Positions 16,403 to 23,875 are shown, numbered from the stretch's first letter. The stretch is 32,000 nucleotides of DNA from Candidatus Iainarchaeum sp. (GCA_043808785.1 JAZDEL010000002.1:150001-182000), one strand, 5' to 3'. Numbers and translations are program-made. Notes: generated by a model not told the origin, from the letters alone.

Positions 16403-18310
16403 CTACGCCTTTCCCTTCCCCGCTTTTGCCCCTTCCTTCGCTGCAGCATCCTTCGCCTTCTTTGCCGCGACATCCGCAGCATCCTGCTTCCTCTTCAGGT
16501 TCTTCTTTGTAGCCTTCTCCGTCTCGTCCACTTCCTCCTTCAGTTCCGCAGCCTCCTGCGCATCCTCCAATTTCAATTTCTCCAGCACCAAATCCTCAAG
16601 GTTCTTCTTGAGCGCCTTTTCGGAAGCCTTTGTAACCGCGCTCAGCGCCATCACAACCTCGGGTATGTACTTGTAAAACATCTCCCTTTTCTGCTGTTTC
16701 TGCTTGTCCCTGATTTTGTGCACTATGTATTTTCCCGTGTGCCTGCCCCCCTCCATCAGCGCAAGCCGCAGTTCCTCAAGAACCTCGGGTTCCTCCGCAA
16801 TCGCCTGCTTCCCCGCGCCTGTGTACGGGACGTGCACCGAGATGAAATTAACAAACACGCTTATGGGCGCGTTCTCCATATCTTTTATTCCATAGCGCTT
16901 CCAGTCCACGCTGTTCACGGCCTTTGTTATCGCGCACCCCCCGCCGTCAAACAGCAGCGGCGCGCGGTTTGCGAACCTCATTACCTCGATCTTCCTTTCC
17001 TGCGCCCCGTCCTCGTTTGTCCCCATAACCCTGCCCGCGTCTCCCCCGTAAGCAAGCGCAACCTCTATCTGGAAAGGGAACCCGCCCGAATATACCTGCG
17101 GCTTTCTCGTGATAACCGACATGAATTCGGGCTTCACAATCCCTTCCAAACTTTTCCTTATGCGCTCCTCCCCTATAGGCCTCAATCCATCCGTGCGCGG
17201 CGCGATGAAATCAATCTTCTTGAACGCGTTTATAATCTCCAGCGCCTCGTCCCACGTAACCTGTTTCGGGTCCTTGTTCATATCGAACGAAACCTTTGCC
17301 TGCATGTCCGAAACAGCCTTGTCCCCCATCCTGTCGAACTCCGCCTTAAGGAAGGATGAAACTTTCCTTGCGTCCGTGGTTTTGCTGTAGGTCATTATTT
17401 CATCTACAGTAATTCCCTTGGGGTGCGGCTTCATCTCCAGCGGCTTCTCGGGGATGTATTTCATAGTGCGCTCGAAAATCGTCGTCTCGTTCGCGGGATC
17501 GGTAAACCTTATCTTTGCGTGCGGGTTCGCAATCGCAGTCCTGCGCAAATACTCCAGCGGAGCCTGGTCGCTGTTTATGTATTTCACCCCGCGGAACCTT
17601 GCCTTTACCGCGGTTCCCTTGAATTCGCTCTTAAGTTCCTGCAGGTTTGTGACCTTAGCCTCGTTCTTTTTCGTGTCGATTGTGACCTCAAGGCTTATCG
17701 GGTGCCCCTTGCCGCTGCCGGTTATGATTTTCGTCGGCTGGCCCGTCGTCATCTGCGCAAGCATTGTGCATCCCGCACACCCGATGCCCTGCTGGCCGCG
17801 CATCTGCATCATCCTGTGGAACTTCGTTCCCGCGAGCAGCTGCCCGAACGCCTTTCCCACGGTTTCCTTTGTAAGCCCCGGCCCGTTGTCCTTTACCGTG
17901 ACCTCGTAATACTCGTTCCCGAGTTCCTCTATTTTTATGTCTATATCCGGAAGGATGCGCGCCTCCTCGCACGCGTCAAGCGAATTGCTGACATACTCGT
18001 GTATAATGGTTGTAAGCGTCCTTATCTTGCCCACAAGGCCGAGCATCTGCTTGTTCTTCTTGAAGAATTCCGCAACGCTGTGCTCCTTGAACTCCTTTGC
18101 AAGGTCCTCGGCGCTCACGGTGCGCGAGGTTTCCTGGCCCGCTTGCGATCGGGCATGCCGCGTGCTGCCTCGCGATTCTGCCCTCGGCAGAATGCGCGCA
18201 TTCGGCTCAAGCCGAATAGCGTCGGCAGCACTAGCCTGCACGCCGCCTTTGCCCTCTTCCGCAGCCTTTGCTGCGGCTTTCTCAGAACCCTTTCCCTTAT
18301 CCGAACCCAT
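16403..18310 (-). CDS. top6B: DNA topoisomerase VI subunit B (GHKL ATPase), start uncertain, with K/A/E-rich tails
   Basis: SVAEFFKKNKQMLG...IIHEYVSNSLDA...VKDNGPGL...GQQGIG are Bergerat-fold motifs. Candidate starts are GTG 18415, ATG 18310 (with an AT-rich box ~25 nt upstream) and GTG 18118, which would give (M)SAEDLAKEFKEHSVAEFF, the canonical length. Confidence 0.85.
   Translation of the reverse strand: MGSDKGKGSEKAAAKAAEEGKGGVQASAADAIRLEPNARILPRAESRGSTRHARSQAGQETSRTVSAEDLAKEFKEHSVAEFFKKNKQMLGLVGKIRTLTTIIHEYVSNSLDACEEARILPDIDIKIEELGNEYYEVTVKDNGPGLTKETVGKAFGQLLAGTKFHRMMQMRGQQGIGCAGCTMLAQMTTGQPTKIITGSGKGHPISLEVTIDTKKNEAKVTNLQELKSEFKGTAVKARFRGVKYINSDQAPLEYLRRTAIANPHAKIRFTDPANETTIFERTMKYIPEKPLEMKPHPKGITVDEIMTYSKTTDARKVSSFLKAEFDRMGDKAVSDMQAKVSFDMNKDPKQVTWDEALEIINAFKKIDFIAPRTDGLRPIGEERIRKSLEGIVKPEFMSVITRKPQVYSGGFPFQIEVALAYGGDAGRVMGTNEDGAQERKIEVMRFANRAPLLFDGGGCAITKAVNSVDWKRYGIKDMENAPISVFVNFISVHVPYTGAGKQAIAEEPEVLEELRLALMEGGRHTGKYIVHKIRDKQKQQKREMFYKYIPEVVMALSAVTKASEKALKKNLEDLVLEKLKLEDAQEAAELKEEVDETEKATKKNLKRKQDAADVAAKKAKDAAAKEGAKAGKGKA
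18159..18244 (-). repeat. Copy B of the GC-rich hairpin element, carrying a 52-nt insert that forms two further hairpins
   Basis: The outer stem pairs 18162-18169 with 18224-18231. The inner hairpins are attctgcc-ctc-ggcagaat (18175-18193) and attcggc-tcaa-gccgaat (18200-18217), separated by gcgcgc. The flanks are identical to 5686-5697 and 5699-5720. Confidence 0.85.
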
Positions 18311-18415
18311 CAAAACACCGTTTGAAATTGTTATTTTTTGTTTTCCCCTGCCCGTCCGCAATTTTCTTTCCCCGCCTTTTCCCTGCGCCCCGACTTTCCC
18401 TTTCCCCCCGCGCAC

Positions 18416-18943
18416 TCACAGCTCGAACTTTTCCCTTCCCGATTTCTTCAGTTCCCTTTCTACAGTATTGTGCGCCGCGCCGCCGAGCAGCATCTCGACT
18501 GCACGCTTCGCCTTTGAAACATCGTCATATTTCCCTATTACCGAAATTGTTTTCCCGTAAACCGAAACATAACATCCTGTTTCGTCCTCGATTTTTTCCC
18601 TTGTTCTCCCCTCACTTCCTATCACGCGGCCGCGCTTCTGTTCCGCGGCGTTTGAGGATTTTCCCGCATACTGCCCTATATCGATTACCTCAAGGCTGTA
18701 ACCCTCCTGCAGCAGGGCAAGCGCGTGCTCGGGTGAAAAGCCGCGGGCAATCGCCCTCACAATCTCCAATGCCTTGTAGCCCTTGAGCGCATCCCCCCTT
18801 TCTTCAATGCTCACTTCCCCGCTCCTGCTGTCGAGGGTTATCCTGGTGTTTGTTTCCTTCTCTATTTCCTTCTTTGTCCTGCCTGCGGAGCCTATAATCA
18901 CGGCAACGCGGTCAAGAGGCACCCTGATATATTCCACAGCCAT
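18416..18943 (-). CDS. Two-KH-domain RNA-binding protein (archaeal Dim2/Pno1-like)
   Basis: VAVIIGSAGRTKKEIEKETNTRI and RVIGSEGRTREKIEDETG are GxxG KH motifs. The SD-like GGTGA lies ~4 nt before the ATG. The gene is downstream of the RIO kinase gene, a common archaeal arrangement. Confidence 0.8.
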   Translation of the reverse strand: MAVEYIRVPLDRVAVIIGSAGRTKKEIEKETNTRITLDSRSGEVSIEERGDALKGYKALEIVRAIARGFSPEHALALLQEGYSLEVIDIGQYAGKSSNAAEQKRGRVIGSEGRTREKIEDETGCYVSVYGKTISVIGKYDDVSKAKRAVEMLLGGAAHNTVERELKKSGREKFEL

Positions 18944-19031
18944 CGCTCACCCGCGGGATAATGTGATTTGAAGACCTATATAATATTTATTATTAATATA
19001 TATAATAGAGCCCAAGAGTGTTTAAAAACCT

Positions 19032-19056
19032 AACCCGCAAACTTGCGGGTTTTTGA
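19032..19056 (-). terminator. Hairpin plus T-run downstream of the RIO kinase gene
   Basis: aacccgcaa-ac-ttgcgggtt (19032-19051) is a 9-nt inverted repeat. On the minus strand it is followed within a few nt by TTTTT (rc of 19024-19028). An AT-rich promoter tract for the KH gene follows at 18975-19008. Confidence 0.4.
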
Positions 19057-19085
19057 GGTGTTTTTTTGGATGTTTTTGCAGGGTT

Positions 19086-19937
19086 TTATTTGCCGTGTTT
19101 TTTTGGGTTTTTTCCGGCAGTTGATTTTGCAGGCTGTTTTTCATACTCCTTCGCCCTTTCCTTTGCCTCGGCATACAGCGCCTCAAAATCCGTCTCAAAC
19201 CCCAGCTTCTGCAGGCAGTTCGCCATGTTCTGCACGTCGCGCCTGAAAAATTCCCCCGCATTGGGGTGGTCGAGGAGCACCGCCTGCCCGCAGTCTATGA
19301 GCACAAGTTCGCCGCTCTGCTGGTTCACAAGGATGTTGTACTCGCTCATATCCGCATGCACCAATTCCGCGTTTGCGTAAAGTCGCGCCAGCCAATCAAC
19401 CGTTGTTTCGTGCAGTTTTTGCACGTCCGTGAATTTCTGGCCCATATCCTTCAATGTGGGCGCCGCCTCCCCAGCAGGCGTGCCTATGAACTCCATAACC
19501 AGCACGTTCTCCCTGAAACCGAGAGGCATCGGAACCCTTACGCCAGCCTCCCTCGCACGCTCGAGGTTCCTGTGCTCCTTTTTTGTCCACGCATAAACAA
19601 GTTCGCGCTTGCCCTTTTTTATATCTCTGAACCTTTCGTCCCCTGTTACATATTTCTCCATGTGCCTGAATGCGGATGTTTCGATTTTGTAAATTTTCAC
19701 CGCCCTGAAATTGCCGGAGGCATCAACAGCGCGGAAAACATGCGCCTCCTTTCCCGTGCTTATCACGAATTCAAGAACCTGGAATAATCCGCGCTCAGCA
19801 AGCTTGTGTATCGAGGTAATTGTGCGCGCGTCGAACACCTGCGCGAAAACTCTCCTTGCCTCCTCCTGCTTAATGTAGGAGCGCAGGTTCAGCGCGAACT
19901 TCGCGTCGTCCTTCTTTTCCTCTGCCGTGCGGGCCAT
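19086..19937 (-). CDS. rio1: RIO-type serine protein kinase (Rio1-like)
   Basis: ISTGKEAHVF...AVKIYK...W(x)KKEHRNL...LVMEFIG...LVHADMSEYNILV...LIDCGQAV are the RIO kinase subdomains. Confidence 0.9.
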   Translation of the reverse strand: MARTAEEKKDDAKFALNLRSYIKQEEARRVFAQVFDARTITSIHKLAERGLFQVLEFVISTGKEAHVFRAVDASGNFRAVKIYKIETSAFRHMEKYVTGDERFRDIKKGKRELVYAWTKKEHRNLERAREAGVRVPMPLGFRENVLVMEFIGTPAGEAAPTLKDMGQKFTDVQKLHETTVDWLARLYANAELVHADMSEYNILVNQQSGELVLIDCGQAVLLDHPNAGEFFRRDVQNMANCLQKLGFETDFEALYAEAKERAKEYEKQPAKSTAGKNPKKHGK

Positions 19938-19960
19938 AACCTGAATATGTGCTGTTTTTT

Positions 19961-19973
19961 GTTATTAACCTTT
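19961..19973 (-). promoter_or_regulatory. BRE/TATA-like box (rc AAAGGTTAATAAC) upstream of rio1
   Basis: 23 nt separate the box from the ATG at 19937. The motif is the same as upstream of the kinase and aIF2-beta genes. Confidence 0.45.
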
Positions 19974-20047
19974 CTGTGGCGGTTTCCGCGCCCCTATTCC
20001 CGCGCTAAATGGCGGAATGAGTTTCTGTGTATTAGTGGCGACCCTGC

Positions 20048-20824
20048 CTACTTTGAAGGCACCGGCATTGCAATCTTTTCATACGCGCCCGAGCCGCTTC
20101 CGATATTCTGCAGGCAGTTCTGCTTCTGCACGCCGTCCGTTATCTTCTCGCAGTAGGAGGAATTCCTCAGGCGCTGCGCCATGTTTAAATAGCAGCTGTC
20201 CTTCTGGTAAGAAGTCTGTATCTTGTCGCAGAGCGCGGGGTCCGAACTCTGGTATGAGAAGCTTGAATAGCAGCTGTCCCTCTGGGCAATGTCCGACATC
20301 TTGTCGCAGAGCGCGGCATCCTTCAGCTGGTTGGCGAGGGACGAGTAGCAGCTGTCCTTTGCGCTGACATCCGCTATTTTCCCGCACACAGAACTTTCCT
20401 TCTTGTCCGAAGCATACGTCTGGTAGCACTGCTCCTTCAGGAACTCGGCATCTGCGCAGGCATTGGGGTCGCCCTTTGCCTCGGCAACAAGCGCATAGCA
20501 CATTGTCCGCCTGTCCTGCGATACCTTCCTGCAAAGGGAACCGTCCTTGTGCTTTGCGGAAACCCCGATTATGCAGAAGTCCTCAAACGAGCCCTGCTGC
20601 AATACAGGCATGCCCGAGCATACGCCCAGTTCCTCGTCTGTTGTAAGCTGCCTCGCTGGCGCCGCGCCAGCAGTCATAGGGCACTGCGCCTTGTCGCTGA
20701 CTGTGCTCCCGTCGGCGCAGACGTACATTACAGCGGCTCCGCCGCTTGGCACTTGCTGAGGGCAGCCGAAAAGGAATACAAAGCCGACCAATATTATGGC
20801 AATTGCCTGTTTGTGCATATTCAT
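20048..20824 (-). CDS. Secreted/lipoprotein-like Cys-repeat protein
   Basis: The signal peptide MNMHKQAIAIILVGFVFLFGC ends in a lipobox-like LFGC. It is followed by six tandem C-x(9-10)-C-Y modules. Confidence 0.65.
   Translation of the reverse strand: MNMHKQAIAIILVGFVFLFGCPQQVPSGGAAVMYVCADGSTVSDKAQCPMTAGAAPARQLTTDEELGVCSGMPVLQQGSFEDFCIIGVSAKHKDGSLCRKVSQDRRTMCYALVAEAKGDPNACADAEFLKEQCYQTYASDKKESSVCGKIADVSAKDSCYSSLANQLKDAALCDKMSDIAQRDSCYSSFSYQSSDPALCDKIQTSYQKDSCYLNMAQRLRNSSYCEKITDGVQKQNCLQNIGSGSGAYEKIAMPVPSK
20075..20533 (-). repeat. In-frame tandem coding repeats (24-26 codons, ~78 nt period)
   Basis: Repeat-starting Cys residues fall at 98, 123, 147, 173, 199 and 225. The DNA shows recurring aatagcagctgtcc and atcttgtcgcagagcgcgg blocks, for example near 20188, 20222, 20266, 20300 and 20343. 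Confidence 0.8.
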
Positions 20825-20944
20825 AATTTCATTAAATAGTCAGCATTCTTATATATAATTCTGCTGTTTTGGGTTTCAGGCATGCCTTGGCACCCAGGCC
20901 GAAACGGAACATCAAATGAACCCAAGGTGCACGGTTCCCGAATC

Positions 20945-21305
20945 TCAGCTTGTTTTGTAGCCGAATTTCCTGTCGTAATTCTTGTGGTCGAGGACTTCAA
21001 GGACGATTGAAATTACCTCAATCTCCGTGCCCCTGATTGCGTATATCATTCTCCAGAACGAGCCCAGGTCGAGTTTCCAGAGGTTTTCGACCCCGTACTT
21101 TTCCCTGTATTCCTTCGGGATTTTTTCCCTGGAAATGTGGTCGCCGTACTTGTAATCGTATTTTAATTTCTCTATTCCCTTGTCGATGATTTCCCTTGTC
21201 GATGATTTTCAGCATCTGGACGCTCTCGCCGTTCCCCTCTTTTGCCCGTTCCCTGAGCTTTTCGAGTTCCTTCCCGAATTCTTCCGAGGCGATAACCCTG
21301 AACAT
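20945..21305 (-). pseudogene. RelE/ParE-superfamily toxin gene disrupted by a 16-nt tandem duplication
   Basis: As it stands, the ORF shifts frame after ...MLKIIDKG and stops at 21018. Deleting one 16-nt copy restores a 113-aa ORF ending at TGA 20945-20947: ...KIIDKGIEKLKYDYKYGDHISREKIPKEYREKYGVENLWKLDLGSFWRMIYAIRGTEIEVISIVLEVLDHKNYDRKFGYKTS. Confidence 0.75.
21175..21206. repeat. Perfect tandem duplication of ttcccttgtcgatgat (2 x 16 nt)
   Basis: 21175-21190 and 21191-21206 were read directly and are identical. Because 16 is not a multiple of 3, the duplication shifts the frame. Confidence 0.95.
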
Positions 21306-21574
21306 CAGAGTTCCCTCCCTTTCTTTGCCAGCCTGTCAAGTTTCGGGTTCGAGGCAATCCATGCTATCTTATTGTCTTTCGTAAAGGTTATCTTGTTGGA
21401 TTTTTCCAGGTATTCGAGTATTACGTTCAGCGTCTGGTACTGCACCTGCTTCGGCAGGCCCCTCCAGAGCGCGTTTTTTGTGGGGTATTCTTTCGAGCCC
21501 CTTATTGCCTCCTCCACCATCATCACGGTGTCAAGTCTGGGGTAGTGCAGGACAGTGGTTGTAATCGCCCTCAT
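21305..21574 (-). CDS. Small wHTH-like protein, putative antitoxin of the broken RelE-like gene
   Basis: The ORF is 89 aa. The ATG at 21574 is preceded by AGGTGA. Its TGA (21305-21307) overlaps the toxin ATG (21303-21305) by 1 nt. Confidence 0.55.
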   Translation of the reverse strand: MRAITTTVLHYPRLDTVMMVEEAIRGSKEYPTKNALWRGLPKQVQYQTLNVILEYLEKSNKITFTKDNKIAWIASNPKLDRLAKKGREL

Positions 21575-21689
21575 GGTTTCACCTGTTGTATAAGTTTGTA
21601 TATGTATAGATTTATAAATAGCGCCCAGGCAACCCTGCGAAATGCTTATATTCCTGCGAACCGTTAGTTCTAATGCCGAGGCTTTGCAG

Positions 21690-22524
21690 ATGGCGCGACT
21701 AAATGAGCCGAAAATTCTTCTTATCAGCGGGACACATAAAAACGAAGAATTTTCGGATTATGTCGCCAGACTTGCTGAAAAAATAATAAAAAAAAGCGGC
21801 TACAATGCAGAGTTCCACGAGATTCCCATTAAAGACACAATACTTGGAGTTGCGCTATTGGCTGATGAAAAAAAGGCAAACCTTGTTTTTGAATTCCATT
21901 GCACTAACGAGACCGCGGATTACTGGACGAATGAAGTCTGGGAAAAAGAAGGGAAAAAAAATCAGGTTGTCGCTCACCACCGACCAGAGCAAGGAGCTCA
22001 GCAGCGAATTCGCAAAAAGCGGGGCGAGGCTAGTTTCCGAGTACAATGTGGACTTCCGTATGTTCCCTGTGAATTCGGTTTTGCCGCGCGGCACCCCTTA
22101 TTATGTAATCGAAATAAAGTCCGCATACAGGGATTTTCCGCGGCAGCTCCGGCATAGGGCAATTGAGAGGGCGCCCAAGGACATCAATCGGGAGTATGTG
22201 GAGTCGGGTACCTCGATAAAGGAAAACATTAGCCGCCTTGGCATACTGCCTGAAACTATGGCAAAAGCGATTGCAGGGCAGATAAAAGCGCAGGTTCAGT
22301 TGTATAAAGCAGGCAAGCCTCCGACGTGGGTATCGGGAAAAGTGAAAAAGGTGCCGCAGGAATATATGCCTGCCAAATCCCGCAAGGAACTTTTGGAATC
22401 GGGCGGCGGGGAATTGAAACGGCTGGAATTACAAAAAAGATGGAAATTAAGGAAACAGAAAATTAAGGAAAGCTTTAAGCGGAACCTCGGCAAGGCATTC
22501 ATGCCGAAGAGAAAACTCGTATGA
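21690..22524 (+). pseudogene. Putative zinc-hydrolase-like protein (HxxE...H pattern) split by a frameshift at an A8 run
   Basis: Frame 0 reads MARLNEPKILLISGTHKNEEFS...VFEFHCTNE...WEKEGKK up to the A8 run at 21954-21961. The reading continues sensibly in the next frame (IRLSLTTDQSKEL...GTPYYVIEIKSAY...). Removing one A fuses the two parts. Confidence 0.55.
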
Positions 22525-22545
22525 AAAATCGGCGTGCGGAAAGAA

Positions 22546-22887
22546 TTACGCGTGCCTTCCCAATTTTTCCAAATAGCCCTTCTTCCTAAGGTGCTCCGCC
22601 TGAACGCCCGTGTAGCGCCACGTAACGTCCCCTTTTATCGGCTGGAAGTCCCAGAGCCTCACTATAACAACGTCGTTCTCCCTTATCCACACCCTTTTGC
22701 GCATCTTGCCCGGGATGCGTATCATGCGCTCCGTTCCGTCCTCGCACTGAACCTTTATCTGGTCCGAGCCGTGCAGTCTTGTCACAATGCCCAGCTGCTC
22801 GAGTTCGTCCCTGTGCGGCAGCCGTATCCTGCGTATCTCTTCCTGCTCCCTTGCCTGCCTTTCCTCGAGTTCCTTCCTGCTAAGCAA
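22546..22887 (-). CDS. eif1a: Translation initiation factor aIF1A
   Basis: IRLPHRDELEQLGIVTRLHGSDQIKVQCEDGTERMIRIPGKMRKRVWIRENDVVIV is the S1-like OB fold. The only in-frame start upstream of the core is the TTG at 22885-22887. Confidence 0.85.
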   Translation of the reverse strand: MLSRKELEERQAREQEEIRRIRLPHRDELEQLGIVTRLHGSDQIKVQCEDGTERMIRIPGKMRKRVWIRENDVVIVRLWDFQPIKGDVTWRYTGVQAEHLRKKGYLEKLGRHA

Positions 22888-22928
22888 CAGCCCACTTCCC
22901 TTGAAAATTCAAAAAACGCCTAAATTGC

Positions 22929-23219
22929 TCAAATCCTGAATATCTGCACGTGCGGAACCCCCGCAATCCTAATTATGTCCCGCCCGTTTATTAAACCTTC
23001 CCCGAGAGCAACGGCAACTGCCTTCTCCCCGAAGAGGTTAACGCTCCCTGCGGATGCGAGCAGCCTTTTCAGTTCCTTTGCATCCGTTGGCTTTCCCCCG
23101 TAAAAATCCCTGTTAATCGTAACTGCGTGCTTTCCGTCCTTCAGGCTTTTTCCGAGGAGTTTTTTGTCGCAGCAGGCAAGCACTGTTATGCCGCGCGCAC
23201 TGTGGATTTTCGCATACAT
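22929..23219 (-). CDS. DUF424-like small protein (COG2412-like)
   Basis: MYAKIHSARGITVLACCDKKLLGKSL...INRDFYGG matches my recollection of DUF424 proteins. The ATG is at 23219. The longer track ORF overlaps aIF2-beta. Confidence 0.55.
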   Translation of the reverse strand: MYAKIHSARGITVLACCDKKLLGKSLKDGKHAVTINRDFYGGKPTDAKELKRLLASAGSVNLFGEKAVAVALGEGLINGRDIIRIAGVPHVQIFRI

Positions 23220-23329
23220 AATAAGCACCAAAACTTCGGGCGCAACGCGGTTTGCGGGGTTCGCTTCCCGCGTACCTGCGCAGCAAAGCGCCGGTTTCCG
23301 CGCGCTTTTTCCCGCCCGCGCCCCCCGCA

Positions 23330-23749
23330 CTACAGCTTCGGAAGCGGCGAAACCGCGCCGCACGCCTCGCACTTTATCGTCTTTACTCCCTGGTGGTCTA
23401 TGAACTTCGTGTCGGGCCTGCCGCACTCGCTGCAGAGCACAAACCTCTTCATGTATGCGTTGAACATCTTTTCAATCTCAATCTGCGAAAATTTGCTGTT
23501 GAGCACAAGCTTCCCGTCCCCCACTGTCGCGGAGGTTGCGGTTTCCTTTGTCAGGAACTTCAGGACGTGCTTCTGCTCCCTGTGTATGGCATTGACAATC
23601 TGGTTGAAATTCCTCACTAATGTTTTGTTGCCCTGTATGTAGGAATCGGGCCTCGGCATCTCGAACCTCACGCGCTCCTTTGTCTTCTCGGGGAGGTTCT
23701 TGTACGCCCTTTCGAGCATATTTTCGTAATCCGCATCACTGCCTGCCAT
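23330..23749 (-). CDS. eif2b: Translation initiation factor aIF2 beta subunit
   Basis: MAGSDADYENMLERAYKNLPEK...RNFNQIVNAIHREQKHVLKFL...FVLCSECGRPDTKFIDHQGVKTIKCEACGA ends in the C4 zinc ribbon. The 348-aa track ORF is an artefactual upstream extension. Confidence 0.9.
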   Translation of the reverse strand: MAGSDADYENMLERAYKNLPEKTKERVRFEMPRPDSYIQGNKTLVRNFNQIVNAIHREQKHVLKFLTKETATSATVGDGKLVLNSKFSQIEIEKMFNAYMKRFVLCSECGRPDTKFIDHQGVKTIKCEACGAVSPLPKL

Positions 23750-23770
23750 GCAAAAATTGGGGGGCGGTTT

Positions 23771-23789
23771 GTTTAAAAAGAAAACCTTT
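23771..23789 (-). promoter_or_regulatory. BRE/TATA-like box (rc AAAGGTTTTCTTTTTAAAC) upstream of aIF2-beta
   Basis: 21 nt separate the box from the ATG at 23749. Confidence 0.4.
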
Positions 23790-23875
23790 GCGCGGGCTTC
23801 AAAATCCGCCGATATGCCTTCACGTTCAACCGTCGGTTTTTTATTCAAGTTCGGGGAAAAGTATTGTGTGGTAAA

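Noticed and set aside
16718-18325. Plus-strand ORFs (16718-17359, 17418-17909, 17423-18325) inside top6B, and 15568-16005 inside top6A.
   Set aside because: They are antisense to strongly supported topoisomerase VI genes, and their translations are compositionally odd. They are shadow ORFs.
20075-20533. The ~78-nt periodic repeats, considered as a possible CRISPR array or other non-coding array.
   Set aside because: The repeats are in frame within a signal-peptide-bearing ORF, they diverge at the 'spacer' and 'repeat' parts alike, and they lack the short palindromic invariant units of CRISPR. They are coding tandem repeats. I saw no CRISPR array, rRNA gene or transposase/integrase anywhere in the window.
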